A stretch of DNA of 64,000 bases. Source: Caecitellus pseudoparvulus. Taxonomy: Eukaryota; Protista; Bigyra: Bicosoecida. The position numbers and the translations under genes were made by a program. Shown here in pieces: positions 42,666 through 55,000 of the stretch (its first letter is position 1; the number at the start of each line of letters is the position of its first letter). The stretch is from contig CBFFRQ010000093.1 of assembly GCA_965644315.1 (NCBI GenBank), forward strand, positions 1 to 64,000, written 5' to 3'. A model generated the notes under the pieces. That model did not search any database, was not told the DNA's origin, and was given only the letters and a program-made list of their open reading frames with translations.

Positions 42666-45600
42666 CTATGCATCCTCATCATCACTTGCTTCGCTGCCTC
42701 CGTCTATGGCATACACAGCCACGTTTGTGCCACAGCCCTCGCCCTCGCCATCTGCGGCGGCATCCGCTGCAGGCTTGGCGTCCTCGCTCTCGCTGGCCTC
42801 GCCCTCGCCATCTGCGGCGGCATCCGCTGCAGGCTTGGCGTCCTCGCTCTCGCTGGCCTCGCCCTCGCCATCTGCTGAGGCATCCACAGCAGGCTTGGCG
42901 TCCTCGCTCTCGCTGGCCTCGCCCTCGCCCTCGCCATCTGCTGAGGCATCCGCTGCAGGCTTGGCGTCCTCGCTCTCGCTGGCCTCGCCCTCGCCCTCGC
43001 CATCTGTGGTGGCATCCACAGCAGGCTTGGCATCCTCGCTCTCGCTGGCCTCGCCCTCGCCATCTGCGGCGGCATCCGCTGCAGGCTTGGCGTCCTCGCT
43101 CTCGCTGGCCTCGCCCTCACCATCTGCGGCGGCATCCGCTGCAGGCTTGGCGTCCTCACTCTCGCTGGCCTCGCCCTCACCATCTGCGGCGGCATCCGCT
43201 GCAGGCTTGGCGTCCTCGCTCTCGCTGGCCTCGCCCTCGCCCTCGCCATCTGCTGAGGCATCCGCTGCAGGCTTGGCGTCCTCACTCTCGCTGGCCTCGC
43301 CCTCACCATCTGCGGCGGCATCCGCTGCAGGCTTGGCGTCCTCGCTCTCGCTGGCCTCGCCCTCGCCATCTGCGGCGGCATCCACAGCAGGCTTGGCGTC
43401 CTCGCTCTCGCCGTGGCCTTCTGAACTACCGGCCAGGACAGCGCTCTTGATTTGTTCTTCCAACTGAGCTCGGGCAGACTCAGCAGCATCAGCTGCTTCG
43501 AAGTCTTCAGACTCCACCGCAGCCTCAACTTTACGCTGAAGCTGCGCAAGGCGTTGGCGCATGGAAGCGAGCTCCTGCTCAGAAACCACTTGACGCTCTT
43601 TTGTCTTTGCACCCTCACCCTCCGCAGCATCGGCAGCGTCTGCCTGGGAGGACACGCTAGCGGGCGAAAGCATGTCAGAGGGTGGATCGACAGAGGATTC
43701 TGCTTCTTCGCAGGGGACGTCAAGCTCCCACCCGTGCCTGTCGCACAGCACTGTCAACTCGGACAGCAGGACAGCCTCTTCCGCACTCAGCAGGTCGACA
43801 ACTGCCTGCAAGACGCCCTCGCCATGAAGGGCGCCGGGCAGCACTCCTTCAGGTTGCTCACCTGCCTCTGGTACTTCCTCCTCCTTGGTGCGCAGCGCAA
43901 CAGCTTTCGTCAGCAGTGCACGAAGGTGAGCGACCCCTTGCCTGAAGGCGTCCACCTTGGTGCTATCCACGTCTTGCTGAGCAGCGAGTGCTTCGTCCCT
44001 TGCAGATGCGAGAGTCTTGTTGGCTAGAGTCAACTTTGCATCCACCTTGTCAAGCTCTTGAGTGTATCCTGCCAGCTCCTGCTCTGCATCTGTGCGCTCA
44101 GACTGCAGGCGCTTGATCTCACTCGTAACACGGCCAGCTTCTTTGAACTGGCGTGCGGAGACCGCAGCCTTCTTGGCCTCCATGAGCCCTGGCAGGGCAG
44201 AGTCCACTCGCTCCAAGGTGGCCTTTACGTCTGAAGCGAACACTTCGATTTCGGAGCGCGAGCTCTCCAACGACTGGACTTCGGCAAGAGCATCAGCCAC
44301 CGCGCCGGTCGCATCACTCACACGCCCATCGAGCCCCGCAACCTTGCGTTGCAGCGCTGCCTCATGCTCAGAGGCCCACTGAAGCGCACTGACCAGCAAA
44401 GCCGCCCCTTCGCTTTGGTCATGCAGAAGTGCAGCCACTCGCTTGCCTGCCTCAAGCGAAGCAAGGTCACGGCTTCGCTTTGCAGCTGCCTCTGCCTCCT
44501 GCTCGTCCAAGGCAGACTGCTCTGCATCGCACTCGCTTTCTTCTGTGCTGATTGTCTCTAGCTTGCTGGAAATGCGCGCGAGTTGCTTCGTGTACCTTTC
44601 GCGTACTTTGTCCACCTGCCCTTCAAGCTCCAACAAAGCGCTAGCTGCCGTGGCGGCTTCCGCCCGCTTGGCTGCCAGAGCTTCCTCCAGAGCTTTCACT
44701 TCCGCATCTAGCTCTTCAGAACGAGACTTGGCAGCTTCCAGCTCGGGCTGCAGTTCTGCCGTTTGGTCTTTGATCGCACCCTCCACGCTTGCCCGCTCCT
44801 CCTCGGCGCGCTGGCGGTCAAGGGCCACGTGCTCTTCCTTCACTTTCAGCTGCTCTCGCTCTGAGGCCAGAGATGCCATCACAGCATCGTGGCTGCTCTG
44901 GGAGCTGGCCGAACTCTGCTCGTTGTGCGAGTTCTGTGCCTCTAAGGTTGCTTGCAGTGCTTGCTGTGCGCTAGCTGCCACGCCCGCTGCCGTTCGCAGC
45001 GCAGCACTCTTCGCAGCCTCGACCTCCTTCAAGGCGGCTCTGATGTCTGCTTGCTCTGCCTCAACTTCTGCGATCTGGGCTGCAAGGCCTTCCAGTGTCG
45101 CATTGAGCGCCTCTGCCTTCTCGAAGTCCTCAGCTTCTACCGCTGTCGCTTGAGCAGCACGCGTGTCAGACAAAGACCGCTGCAGGTCCTGGCACTTGGA
45201 AGCTAACCGGCCATCCTCCTCTACGAGTTCGGCACTCTCCTTTACGGCCTGGCGAAGGGCTTGAGCCACACTGCTCGTTGTGACTTGCAAAGCACTTGCA
45301 GCGGAGTGGAGCTCTGAGGCCGCCACATGCTCCTCCTGTGGCTCTTCGGGTCCATCATGGTGGGACGCCACAGGGCTATCCTCTGCTTGTTCTGGAGTGC
45401 TTGCTTTGTGAGCTGCGCTCATTCCAGGCAGAGGGGGCGGGACTGTGCCGTCCTCGTCTTCCGAAGGCGTGACAGTTGGCTGGCTCCGGATACTGAGTCC
45501 AGCCAACAGCCCTGTCCCCGTGCTGGGTAGCACCGCTGACTCAGATTGATCTCCATCTGTCGCCTGCGTGGCTGAGAATGTAAATCCTCCCGGGGATGCT

Positions 45601-46622
45601 GTGGCGGAGGCTTCGGATACAAAAGCAAAGCTGGTCTCCTGAGCTGGCTGAGACGGAGCGGGCTGTGAGCTTGGTTCGTCCGGAGAAGGGGCCACAGCCT
45701 CAGACGACACATGAGCTGCCACTTGGGCCTTTGGAGACTGAGTGTGGCTGCTCTCTACAGGCTTCTCTACAGGTTTTTCTGCAGTGGCAGGCTCTGGCTG
45801 TGGAGGAGGAGGTGTCTCAAGCTCTGCCATGGCCGCGTCCCGGTCAAAGCCTGGGCGCTTGGTGCGGCGCTTCTTTTTCACTTTGGCCGGCTGCACATGG
45901 GGAACCGGGGCAACGACAGGCGCCTTCACGGCTGCTGCTGCAGGGGCGGCAGCAGGGGGGGGCTGGGACTCGGCGCCGCTGGCGACACTGGCTCGGTCCG
46001 TGCCAGCCACCGACTCTGTCCCCGCGATGCTGGCTGAGCCAGCTGGCACAGCGCCAGTGGCGGCTGAAAAGGAGAAGGAACCGGCGCCTGTGCTCCTTCC
46101 TGTGACGGAGTCCTTGTCTGATGGCCCTGGAGCTGGAGCTGGAGCTGGGGCTGGCGGGCCGACGAATGAGAAGCCAGATGTGGGCGGTGCAGGGGAGCCA
46201 GCTGGTGCTTGGCTTGAAGCCGCAGCAGAGGACGAAAAAGCGAACCCACCAGCAGCCGTGCTAGCCTGCGCGGCAGGTTGATCTGCAAAGGAAAAAAGGC
46301 GATAGAGTCACTTCCGCTTGAAAGCGCGTCGGCGCGGGCGCAACGAACCAGGGGGGGTAGTCTGCAAGAAAGCGAAGCCTCCTGCTGCCGAGGGTGGCGC
46401 AGGAGACGACGCTTGCACAGAAGTGGACGTGTCTGCACTGACTGCCCCTGGAGTGGGGAGGTTGAAGAAGCCTCCATCAGCGGGTGCCGGTGCCGGTGCC
46501 GGTGCGGGCGCTGGTGCGGGACCTGGCGCTGGTGCAGGGCTTGGCGTTGGCCTGGGTGGCCGCCTCGTGTCCTGTTTGTCTGGTTTTGACCCTCCTCCAA
46601 AAAAGGACAAAAACGAACTCAT
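42666..46622 (-). CDS. Long coiled-coil protein with FxF motifs, UVR-like helices and an acidic tandem-repeat tail (intron ~46285-46363)
   Basis: 1127-aa ORF plus an upstream exon MSSFLSFFGG. Motifs AVEAEDFEKA, AVSARQFKEA and AVESEDFEAA. Confidence 0.75.
42735..43411. repeat. Coding minisatellite, ~11 units of 60/66 bp (DGEG(EG)EASESEDAKPAADAAA)
   Basis: Directly visible near-identical tandem units inside the CDS. Confidence 0.95.
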
Positions 46623-47056
46623 AATGTCGGGGTCAAGTGGGGCTGCTCAGTGGCTGAGAGGACGTTTGCTAGCAAGTTGTGACATGTGCCGCCTTGCCAA
46701 CACGCCTGCTGCCTGAGCACGGGCAGCACGGGAGTCGGCTGTCGTGCTTGGCTGTGGGAGCGAGCAGGTTGGCCGGTACGTGACCACATTTTCAACAGGC
46801 AGCTGCGGTTTGGAGCTTTTCCATCAATGCGCTCTGTGGTGCCAGTTGGCAAAGCGCTTGGTGCCACGTGAGATCGATCTGCACATGGGAGTTGGCAAGG
46901 CGAGCCCTTCCTGCCCAAGCACCAAGTTTGCTACAAAAACAACACAACGAAAGAGAAGTTTGCCCCACTCCACGCTCGAGCATAGGTGTCGCACCTTTGC
47001 GCGAACCCCGTTATCGTACCTGACCTGCCAAGCTCGGAGCGGCGCCTGTCAGCGGC

Positions 47057-48983
47057 ATGGATTCAGGACAAGCGCTGAGCGCAGCTGTGTTGCAGGCATG
47101 CAGGCCCCTTTCAGAAAGAGCTGAGATTCCTGTCTCTGCTGCTGCGCTGGAGCGCCTTGCCCACCATGTCGAGCAACGGCTGGTGCTTGTGGTGGAGGTG
47201 AGGCGATGGTTCATTTTCCGCTGCCACCGCCGGCCGCCCGACACACGTTTTGCCTTGGCAATCCTGCGCAGGAGGCTGGGAAGCTGAGACGCCACTCCAA
47301 ACGCGCTTCTCTACACCCCATGGATGTTGTGCATGGGCTGAGCACGCTGCGCGAACCTGTACGTGTTGGACTGGCGTGCAGGAGTGCTTGTGGAGCTCTG
47401 CATAACTGTACCCGCCCCCACCGCAGGCCGTGCTTGGTGTTGGCTCCTCGTCAACACTCACACTGCACCCCGTTCACTCCGAAGATGGCACAGTCACCAG
47501 CATGTTGGATGATGGCGTGTCCCATGCGTATCAGGCAGCCAAGCGCAAGCGTGACAGCGAGCCTGCCCCAGCACAAGTCGGCAGTGAGCTGTACCGTCAT
47601 TGGTTTGTCGTGGCAGGGAAGCCCGTGCCTTCCCGCTTCAACCCCTCGGACGCAGAAGTGCTCGAGGCAGATGCAGAAGAGAAGCGCATCCGCACGTTGT
47701 CAGGTCTCTCTTTGGCGCCACGCTCGGCGCTTTCTGCCGAGTACGCCACTGCGCTTGGCGAGGACTCCAAGCTGGCTGGCAGTGGAGTGGCAGGGGACCA
47801 AAACGTGTCGGCACTGTTGAGGTTGCTCTCGCCCTCTCAGACGTCGTTCCTGCAGTGCGTGGGGGCTGCGCTTCGCAGCGCTGCCGGCGGCACTGCGCCT
47901 TGGCTCCCCGCTTGGGGCGCCCCGTCTGTGTCGCCAGCCTCGTCGAAGGGTGCCTGGGGAGCCTTGGATGCGACTGAATCACGGGATGAGGGCTGGGAAT
48001 CAAAAGCACGGGCTGCAGCACTGGTGCTGCGGTCGCTGACTGACGTGTCCCTCGTCTTAGGCCCTGTGGCACTCATGCTCTCCGACAGTGCTGCACATGC
48101 TGGATGTGACGGAGCCCTCACTGCCTGCATTGTGTCGCTGGTCACTGCACTGGCACGCGCGCCCAATGTGCCACTGGACCAACAGCTGCACCGCCTTCTG
48201 CCTGCGCTGCTCACTGCAGCAGTGGGGGGGGCTGGCGCAGGCAAGCCGACGCAGCTGGAGGCAGCCATGGAGGCAAGAGAGGGAGCTGCCAGAGCCCTCG
48301 GCATCATTGCGGAGCGTTATGGGGGAACGTACGCGACCCTTCGATCCCGCCTTGAGCTGTTGCTCGCAAAACCGCTGAACGCCATGCTGGGCGACCAAGC
48401 CCCCTCCACCACTGGAGTGGTGAAGTTGGGGACCACGTCCACCGTGGGTCAAGGCAGTGAATCGGCGCAGCATGCCCCCAAGCCCCCCCTTTCTGTTCTC
48501 TACGGAGCCCTCGCAGCCCTCAATGCGATGGGCGCACCGACGGCACGCGCTGTGGTCGAGCCCTTGCTGTCACAGCTTCGGGGGGCGGTGACGGAATGCC
48601 AAGAAGCCGCGAAGGCGCTGGGTGCCACGGAAAAGACTGTTGCCATGTACGAAGCTTCCATGGTCATGCATGCCCTGGAGACGGCGGAGGCACTTGTGCA
48701 AGGCACAGTGCCGACTGCCCTCTCCAAGCCAAGCATGCCAGCTCTGCCCCTGCCTCCCACTGTTCCTGAGAGAAGCGCACACACAGGCCAGCCAGCAGCC
48801 TCAGCGTCTTTGCCCGTCGCAGCCCCACCTGCCGACCATCAGACCCAGCCAGCAGCTGAGAGCACGGAGGCGGAGGATGTGCAGCTGGAAGCCGCTGACA
48901 CCGCGCGAGAGGTTCCTGCAATGCTTGAGCCAGAGACACCCCTGGAGGGCATGGACGATGACGAGGCGGTGCTGGACCTGTGA
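47057..48983 (+). CDS. TAF6: TFIID subunit 6 (histone fold + divergent HEAT region), two 5' introns
   Basis: ERLAHHVEQRL...EAGKLRRHSKRASLHPMDV, HWFVVAGKPVP, ALSAEY, QLHRLLPALLT and YATLRSRL, ending with LYGALAAL. Confidence 0.8.
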
Positions 48984-49045
48984 ACGAACAATGCATTGCT
49001 GCAGCGCAGTGACCCTTATGGCGGGGCCACTCCATCCTAAACAAG

Positions 49046-52000
49046 CTACTTGAACGTCGCCTGCAGCTTGCGCCGCATCCACGACATCCCCGCCTCGGAT
49101 ATCTGGGCACTGGAATGCATAGGCACGCCCCCTACAGGCAGAGCCGCCCCATCTGGACCGACCAGAGGCTCCTGCACTGCAAGGGCAGGTGCAGCCGGAG
49201 ACCCCTCGCCATCTTGCGTGCCATCAACATCTGATCCGTCGCTGCCACCGTCGCTGCCGTCCAGTTCAAAGCCGACACCATCAGGGAACTCCTCGTCCAG
49301 CTCGGCCATGTCGTCCCACTTGATGCCGCCGCCCGAGGAGCTGGCCAGCTTCGGCGTCGGGACGCCAAGGCCGGCATCCAGGCGGGCGCGGCGTTTCCTA
49401 CGCCTCTCCTCCTTCTTGATCTTCTTGGCTCGCGCCTTGGCCAGTGCTCTGATGCGTAAGATGGCTCGAGCAATTTCGAGTTCCCGGGCAGTTTCGCCTT
49501 GAGGGCGCGGGTCGATCACTTTGAACTGGTACTTCGCCTGCACCACCTCTTCACGCCATGCATCTGTGTGCGCCTCAGCTTGCTGCACGGCTCGCACCCA
49601 GTCCGGCGTGATGGGGGGCAGCACTTCCACCGCCAGCACGGCCGAGACACACTGAGCCGGAGGCGGCGGCAGGGGCGGGCTCGATACAAGTTCCGGGATC
49701 ACTGCCACTAACCGAGATCGGGAACACACTGTACCACGAGTCTGCTTCCATGACATGCCCATGACACTGTCTGTGGCTTCTGTCTGCTTGCTCTCTTGCT
49801 CCATGCCTTTCTTGAGGGCAAGCAGCGCCGCGGCGTCCGACCGGGCATCGAAAATAGCTGGAGCTGGCATGGCAGCTTCGCCGAACACGTCATGCCTGGT
49901 GGGCCGAGCGCGCCGCACCATGCCAGCTACGAATTCGTCGGCCGGCTGAATCCAGCCCTTGCACGACGCACGCAGTTGGGTCCTGCCACCAACACTCACC
50001 AGCCCGACGGTTGAGTGTTGCCGCCCCCCCGCCCCGAGAACCCGCCGTGTGAACGTAAACATATGGCTGCCTGTCAACGACTCAAGCAGTGCTGTGCCAC
50101 GTGGCGACTCAGGCCCCTCACGGTCATCGAGCACGGCTGGAACGTCAGCCCGCACGCCTGGCAGTGCCGTCACTGCAGGTGTATAACTGGGCACTGCAAT
50201 CGCGCCAGAGGTGCCTGAGGCAACTGCTGGCGGCGGCAAGGCGCTGGGGTTTCCTCTGCTTGGATGGGCTGGCTCAACAGTGGCGGTGTCACGTGCATGA
50301 GGGGCTGAGGCTGTCTGTCGCTTTCCTTCGTTCGAGCCCGACGGCAGGCCAGCCAAGCCATCATGCGGCGCTGTGCCAGCCATGCCGTGAACAAAATGTG
50401 CCTCCACATCGTGCGTGTGCTTGGTGTGCAATGTGAGGGCCTTCCATGCCTCTTGTGACAGAAGCTCCGCAGCACTCCCGTCTTCTCCCAACAAGAAAAG
50501 CAACGGTGGGCGTGGCGACACCAAGTCTGCATGGATGATGGACTCGGAACTGCTCCCGTCTGCAGATGCGGGCACAAAAATATCGCCCGCCAGCAGTGCG
50601 GTGCACTTCCCTCGGTGGTCCACCGAAAAGACGTTGGCCTCGGCATCTCGCATCTGCAGCGTTGCCCGTGACAAGTCGAACTCAAACACGCCTACATCAT
50701 GGTCACTCTCGCTTTCATCATCCCTGGGGGCAGAAGCCACAAGAGCAGCAAGTGGGTCCGTTGCCTGCGCGGCCACGGCTTGGTCAGGCTGCTGCTTGGC
50801 GGAGCCGCCCACTGGTGCCTGCAAGGCTGCGACATCAGCGTCATCGTCGTCGCTGTCAGCATGTACGGCTCCGACTCCCTGCCCAACGACAGCGTCAGTG
50901 CGATCAGTGTGTACCCCTCGGTAGGCCACCATGCCACCGTCGGCAGCTGTCAGCAGGCGCCCGTCACGGAAGTGAACCCGCAGGAAGCCGTTGGTCAACG
51001 CAGTCACGCTGCAGTCATAGTCCACAGCGACGACTGTCTCGTCGGGGAGTGTGACCACAGCCCGCGTCTGCGTGCCGACGGCGACCAAGGCCACATCATC
51101 ACCAGCTGCGTGTGCAGTGAACTGATCATGGCAGGACCGGTCATACTCAACTGTGGCAAAGCCAGGGCATGTGACAAGAGTCCGGCTAGTGCCAGCCAAG
51201 CCTTTTGTGGTTGCTGCAGGCCCAGGCGCATGGGCGCTGTGTTCTCCGCCCACAGCCTCAGTAACAATGTGGGTGCCATCCGCATGGATGGCCACGACAG
51301 TGCCAGTCGGGTACTTGATCACGACTGTCCGCCCAAGCTGTCCAACCGGATCCCACTTCCCTGTCGACCCAAAAACGTGCGGGTCGCTGAAGTCCACCTC
51401 GTCAGCAGGGGGGAAGGCATCGCTTCCACGCCTCGCTTCACTGACGTGTGGGTGATGCCACAGCTGCAAAGCATGCTTGGCTCCTGGGAGGGGCGTTGCC
51501 AGGTTCGGTTCTTCGCGGAGAATGCCGGGCAATACGCTGGCGGCATCAGCTGCAGCCCCGGACCATACTCCACCATCAACATCCACAGCTTCGGCTTCAT
51601 GTTCACGCTGGAGCCCCGCCTGCAGCTCAGAGAGCAGGAGCACGTCCCTCGCCTTCTTGAAGACGGGAGTTGGCTGGCTTGCCAGCTTGCTCGAGGAGGT
51701 TTGCTCTGCTATGACAGCCTGCACAGCTTCTGGATCAGAGCAAGGTGGGGCTTCGAACCGCATAGACACCAGTGCGCCACTCTCGGCATCAACGGAGCTG
51801 TGCACAGAGCAAGGCGGAAGCTGGCGCACAACCTCCACGAGGGAATCTAGGCTGTGCCCCTCCTCAAGCAATGCCCATCTCCCGTCAATGTTGACACGGA
51901 CAGTGTCGTTTGACCCCCGCACGGCAGCCTCTGCTGGCAAAGCGCCAAGAGTGTACCCTACCCACTTCGCGGTGCGTTGGCCAGTCTCTGAGGTCAAGAG

Positions 52001-55000
52001 CCAGAGTCCTTGAGAAGCACTCTCTCCGTCTGGGATCCACCAAGCGGTGGAGCCATTGCCGTACAAATGGTGTTGCAGGCCGCCGACAGGGCCTTGAAGA
52101 TGCCGAACGACAGAGCCGCTGCTGTGTGAATGTCCTCGGCTTGTCTCCCGGAGCCAGCTCGGCCAAGCATTGGAAGGGGAAGTGTTCTCCTGTCCCACCT
52201 CCCCAGAACTGGAAACGTGGACCTGCAAGCTGTTCATCGCGAAGGAAGCATGGACCGTGCACTTTCCGTCGGGCTTAAGAGTCTTTATGCTTGCTGCAGC
52301 CTCGTCAATCTGGGGAACAGTCAGCACGGAAGGATCGCCGCTGATGCCTTGCTTCTGCTGCCAAGCCCACAGGCGCTGTTGGCCCCGTGAGGTTGTGTAC
52401 CAGGCGGGGGACAGGCCAGCAGCACGGCAACTCAGGTGGACAGCTCTGCAGCCATTGACTTGACCAGATGCCGCTGCTGCAATTGTGGGTGCTGTGAGGG
52501 TCATGGTGGCAGCTCCGGTGGTAAAGTCTTTCATGGCCACTGTGCCGTCCTTCTCCATGCGCAGCTTGCGTTGGCGCGGGGCTGTGACCTCAGGTTGCAT
52601 CAGAATAAGACCCCCATCGGACAATGACACTTGAACAGAGCGGCCTAGTACACCCCACGCCTTCGCATCCGGACGAGTATTGCTGTACACACCCCCATGT
52701 GAAGACACAGAGATCACAGACTGGTCCGCAGGGTAGAGTTGCACAACGTTGCAGCCGGCCACCCCACAGAGTGCTTGGGATGCCTGGCGAGCGCCCGCCT
52801 CAGCTTCTGAGTCGCCCTCTTGTGCCTTGCGTGGCCGAACCACGGCACGGGAAGCAACGAGCTCATCAAGTTCCTGGACTGAGAGGCTCACGGCGCTGGA
52901 GAGGTGGCACCGGGGAATTGCGTCAGCTTGTGGCGACTGTGGGCGTTGAGGAGGCTTCAGTGGCTGTGGTGCCTGATCCGAGGCCTTTCCTCGCCCCTTT
53001 TGCCCGCTGCCTTTCTTTGCACCACGAGGGCTGCGTGGACTCTCCTTTCCAGAGCGAGCCGACCCGTCGCCGCTTCCACCAGCAAGGGCTGCCCTAGCAG
53101 CCTCGACCAGGCTTGCTGTGTGCTGCTCAGGCAGCGACAAGTCCGGCAACACATCGCGCTTCCACTCTGCAAAGGACGGCAACACTGCAGCTCCTGCAAG
53201 GCACGATTTTACGTCCACAGTGACTTCTTGGCGACGCGCGCGTGGGGTCGGGGCGTGTACAGCGAGCAGTTGCAGCCCGTGGGGCGAAAGCTGCTCACGG
53301 ACAAGGCATGCTCCAGGTACTGCTCGCATGGCCTCAAGGACACGCTGGGATACTTCACTCCCTGACATGACAACTTTGTACCGCCTGTCGGCGAAGCTCC
53401 AGTGGTGAAGAAGCTTTTGCTGCGCAGGTGACAGCCGGCCCTCAGCTTGAAACGCGGAGGGCCGCAGCGAAATTGGAAACGTGGGATTCAGTGGTTGCTG
53501 GACTTGGGCAGCAACGTCAGGCTGGGCAGCAAGGCTCGCCTGCGCGGCCTCAGTTTGACTGCCGCCAGGTGAGGATGACGGAGACGACGACGAAAGACGG
53601 CTGTGTAGGGCAGTGCCTGCTGCAGTGTCACTATCAGCAACGTCGCTCCCAGGGCTCAATGCGAGCAGGTCTGGAGAGTCTGGTGCCGGAGCTTCGAGAG
53701 CGATGCTTTCCGCCTTCTCCTCAGCATCAGACGGGGGTTCGAACGGGGTCGAAGCTGCACCTAACTCAACTGCCAGCCACGCGGCATCTACGGTTGAAAT
53801 GAGTTCCTCAGCAGCCCGGAGGATGTCAAACCTTGCCAACGCTTCGCGAACAATCGCCGTCGCGGGTAGCTGGGCGCGTCCAAAAACACCTGCCTCTCGC
53901 TCACCCAGTTTCGCGGAATCCTCAAAAGCACTGGTGAGCTGAGTCGCACTGACCTCTTGGTTGGGTACGACTGCTGCTAAGAAGCTCCGGAAGACACGTT
54001 GCGTGTCAGGGACGGCCGCCCCTGTGTCTGCAAGCGTTGCACCCTGCAAGGCATGCCACGCATCAGCGCTAGCTCGCTCATCAAACCCGGAAACGATAGA
54101 GTCCACCGGCTGCACGGCACCCGAGATGTCCCCAAGCAGCGAACGCGAACTCCCGCTGCCATCAGCATCTTCGCTTGTCATCCAGCCAGATGCCATGGCA
54201 CACCACGGAGCATCGTCGGACGACAGGCGCGCCAAGTCAACCCTGTCATCTGGAGCTTCAGGTGGGGGAGGTGGTAGCAAGCCCCTGGAGTGGGGGCTAG
54301 ATGACGGTCCTTGGGAGCGCGGAGTGGCTCTGCCTTTGCTACTTGGTCCTGCACAAACAGCCTCAAGAAGAGCCGCGAGAACCCCCGCTGAAGTCTCCTG
54401 GCCAGGCCGTGCCTGATCCCAACACGCTTCATAGCGCTGCTGTAAAGCCGCTGCTTCTGGATCCGTGGATGGAGGAACAAACATCTCTTGCACTTGCACA
54501 TCGGCCTTCCACGAATTGAACAGTCTCTCGTGAGCCTCGATGCCATACAGTGAGCTGAGCAACTGAGGCAAAACGCCTCGCACAGTTGCCACCGCGGTCT
54601 TGGCCTCCACATCGGAGAGAGACTCAACTGCACCCGCCTCTGCTGGCAACACACTGCAGCGGGCATCTCCTGGGGGAAGGTGTCCTTGCCATGCGGCAGG
54701 CTCCAAAAGTGAAGCTGACTGCAAAGATGCGAGCTTCTCCTCGAGTGCCGCGACAACAAGTGTGGGGTCGCCTTTGGGAAGCTTCTTGCCCTTGCGGCCA
54801 GAGCGCGGGGAAGCGGCTTCTGTCAGAGACATGGCAGAGCCTGTCTGAGGCGTGCCTGGGCATGCTAACAAGTGCACTGAGTGCACAGGGTGCTCGGCAG
54901 TTGTGACTTGCTGCCCGGCTGGCCAAGCAGCAGCGCCGGCGGCTTCGCTGAGCGCAACTCGTTCACCTTCTGATGCAGGGAAGTTGTCCATGACAATGAA

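Noticed and set aside
42735-43411. Regular repeats resembling a CRISPR array
   Set aside because: The units are contiguous with no unique spacers, are multiples of 3 and lie inside a eukaryotic CDS.
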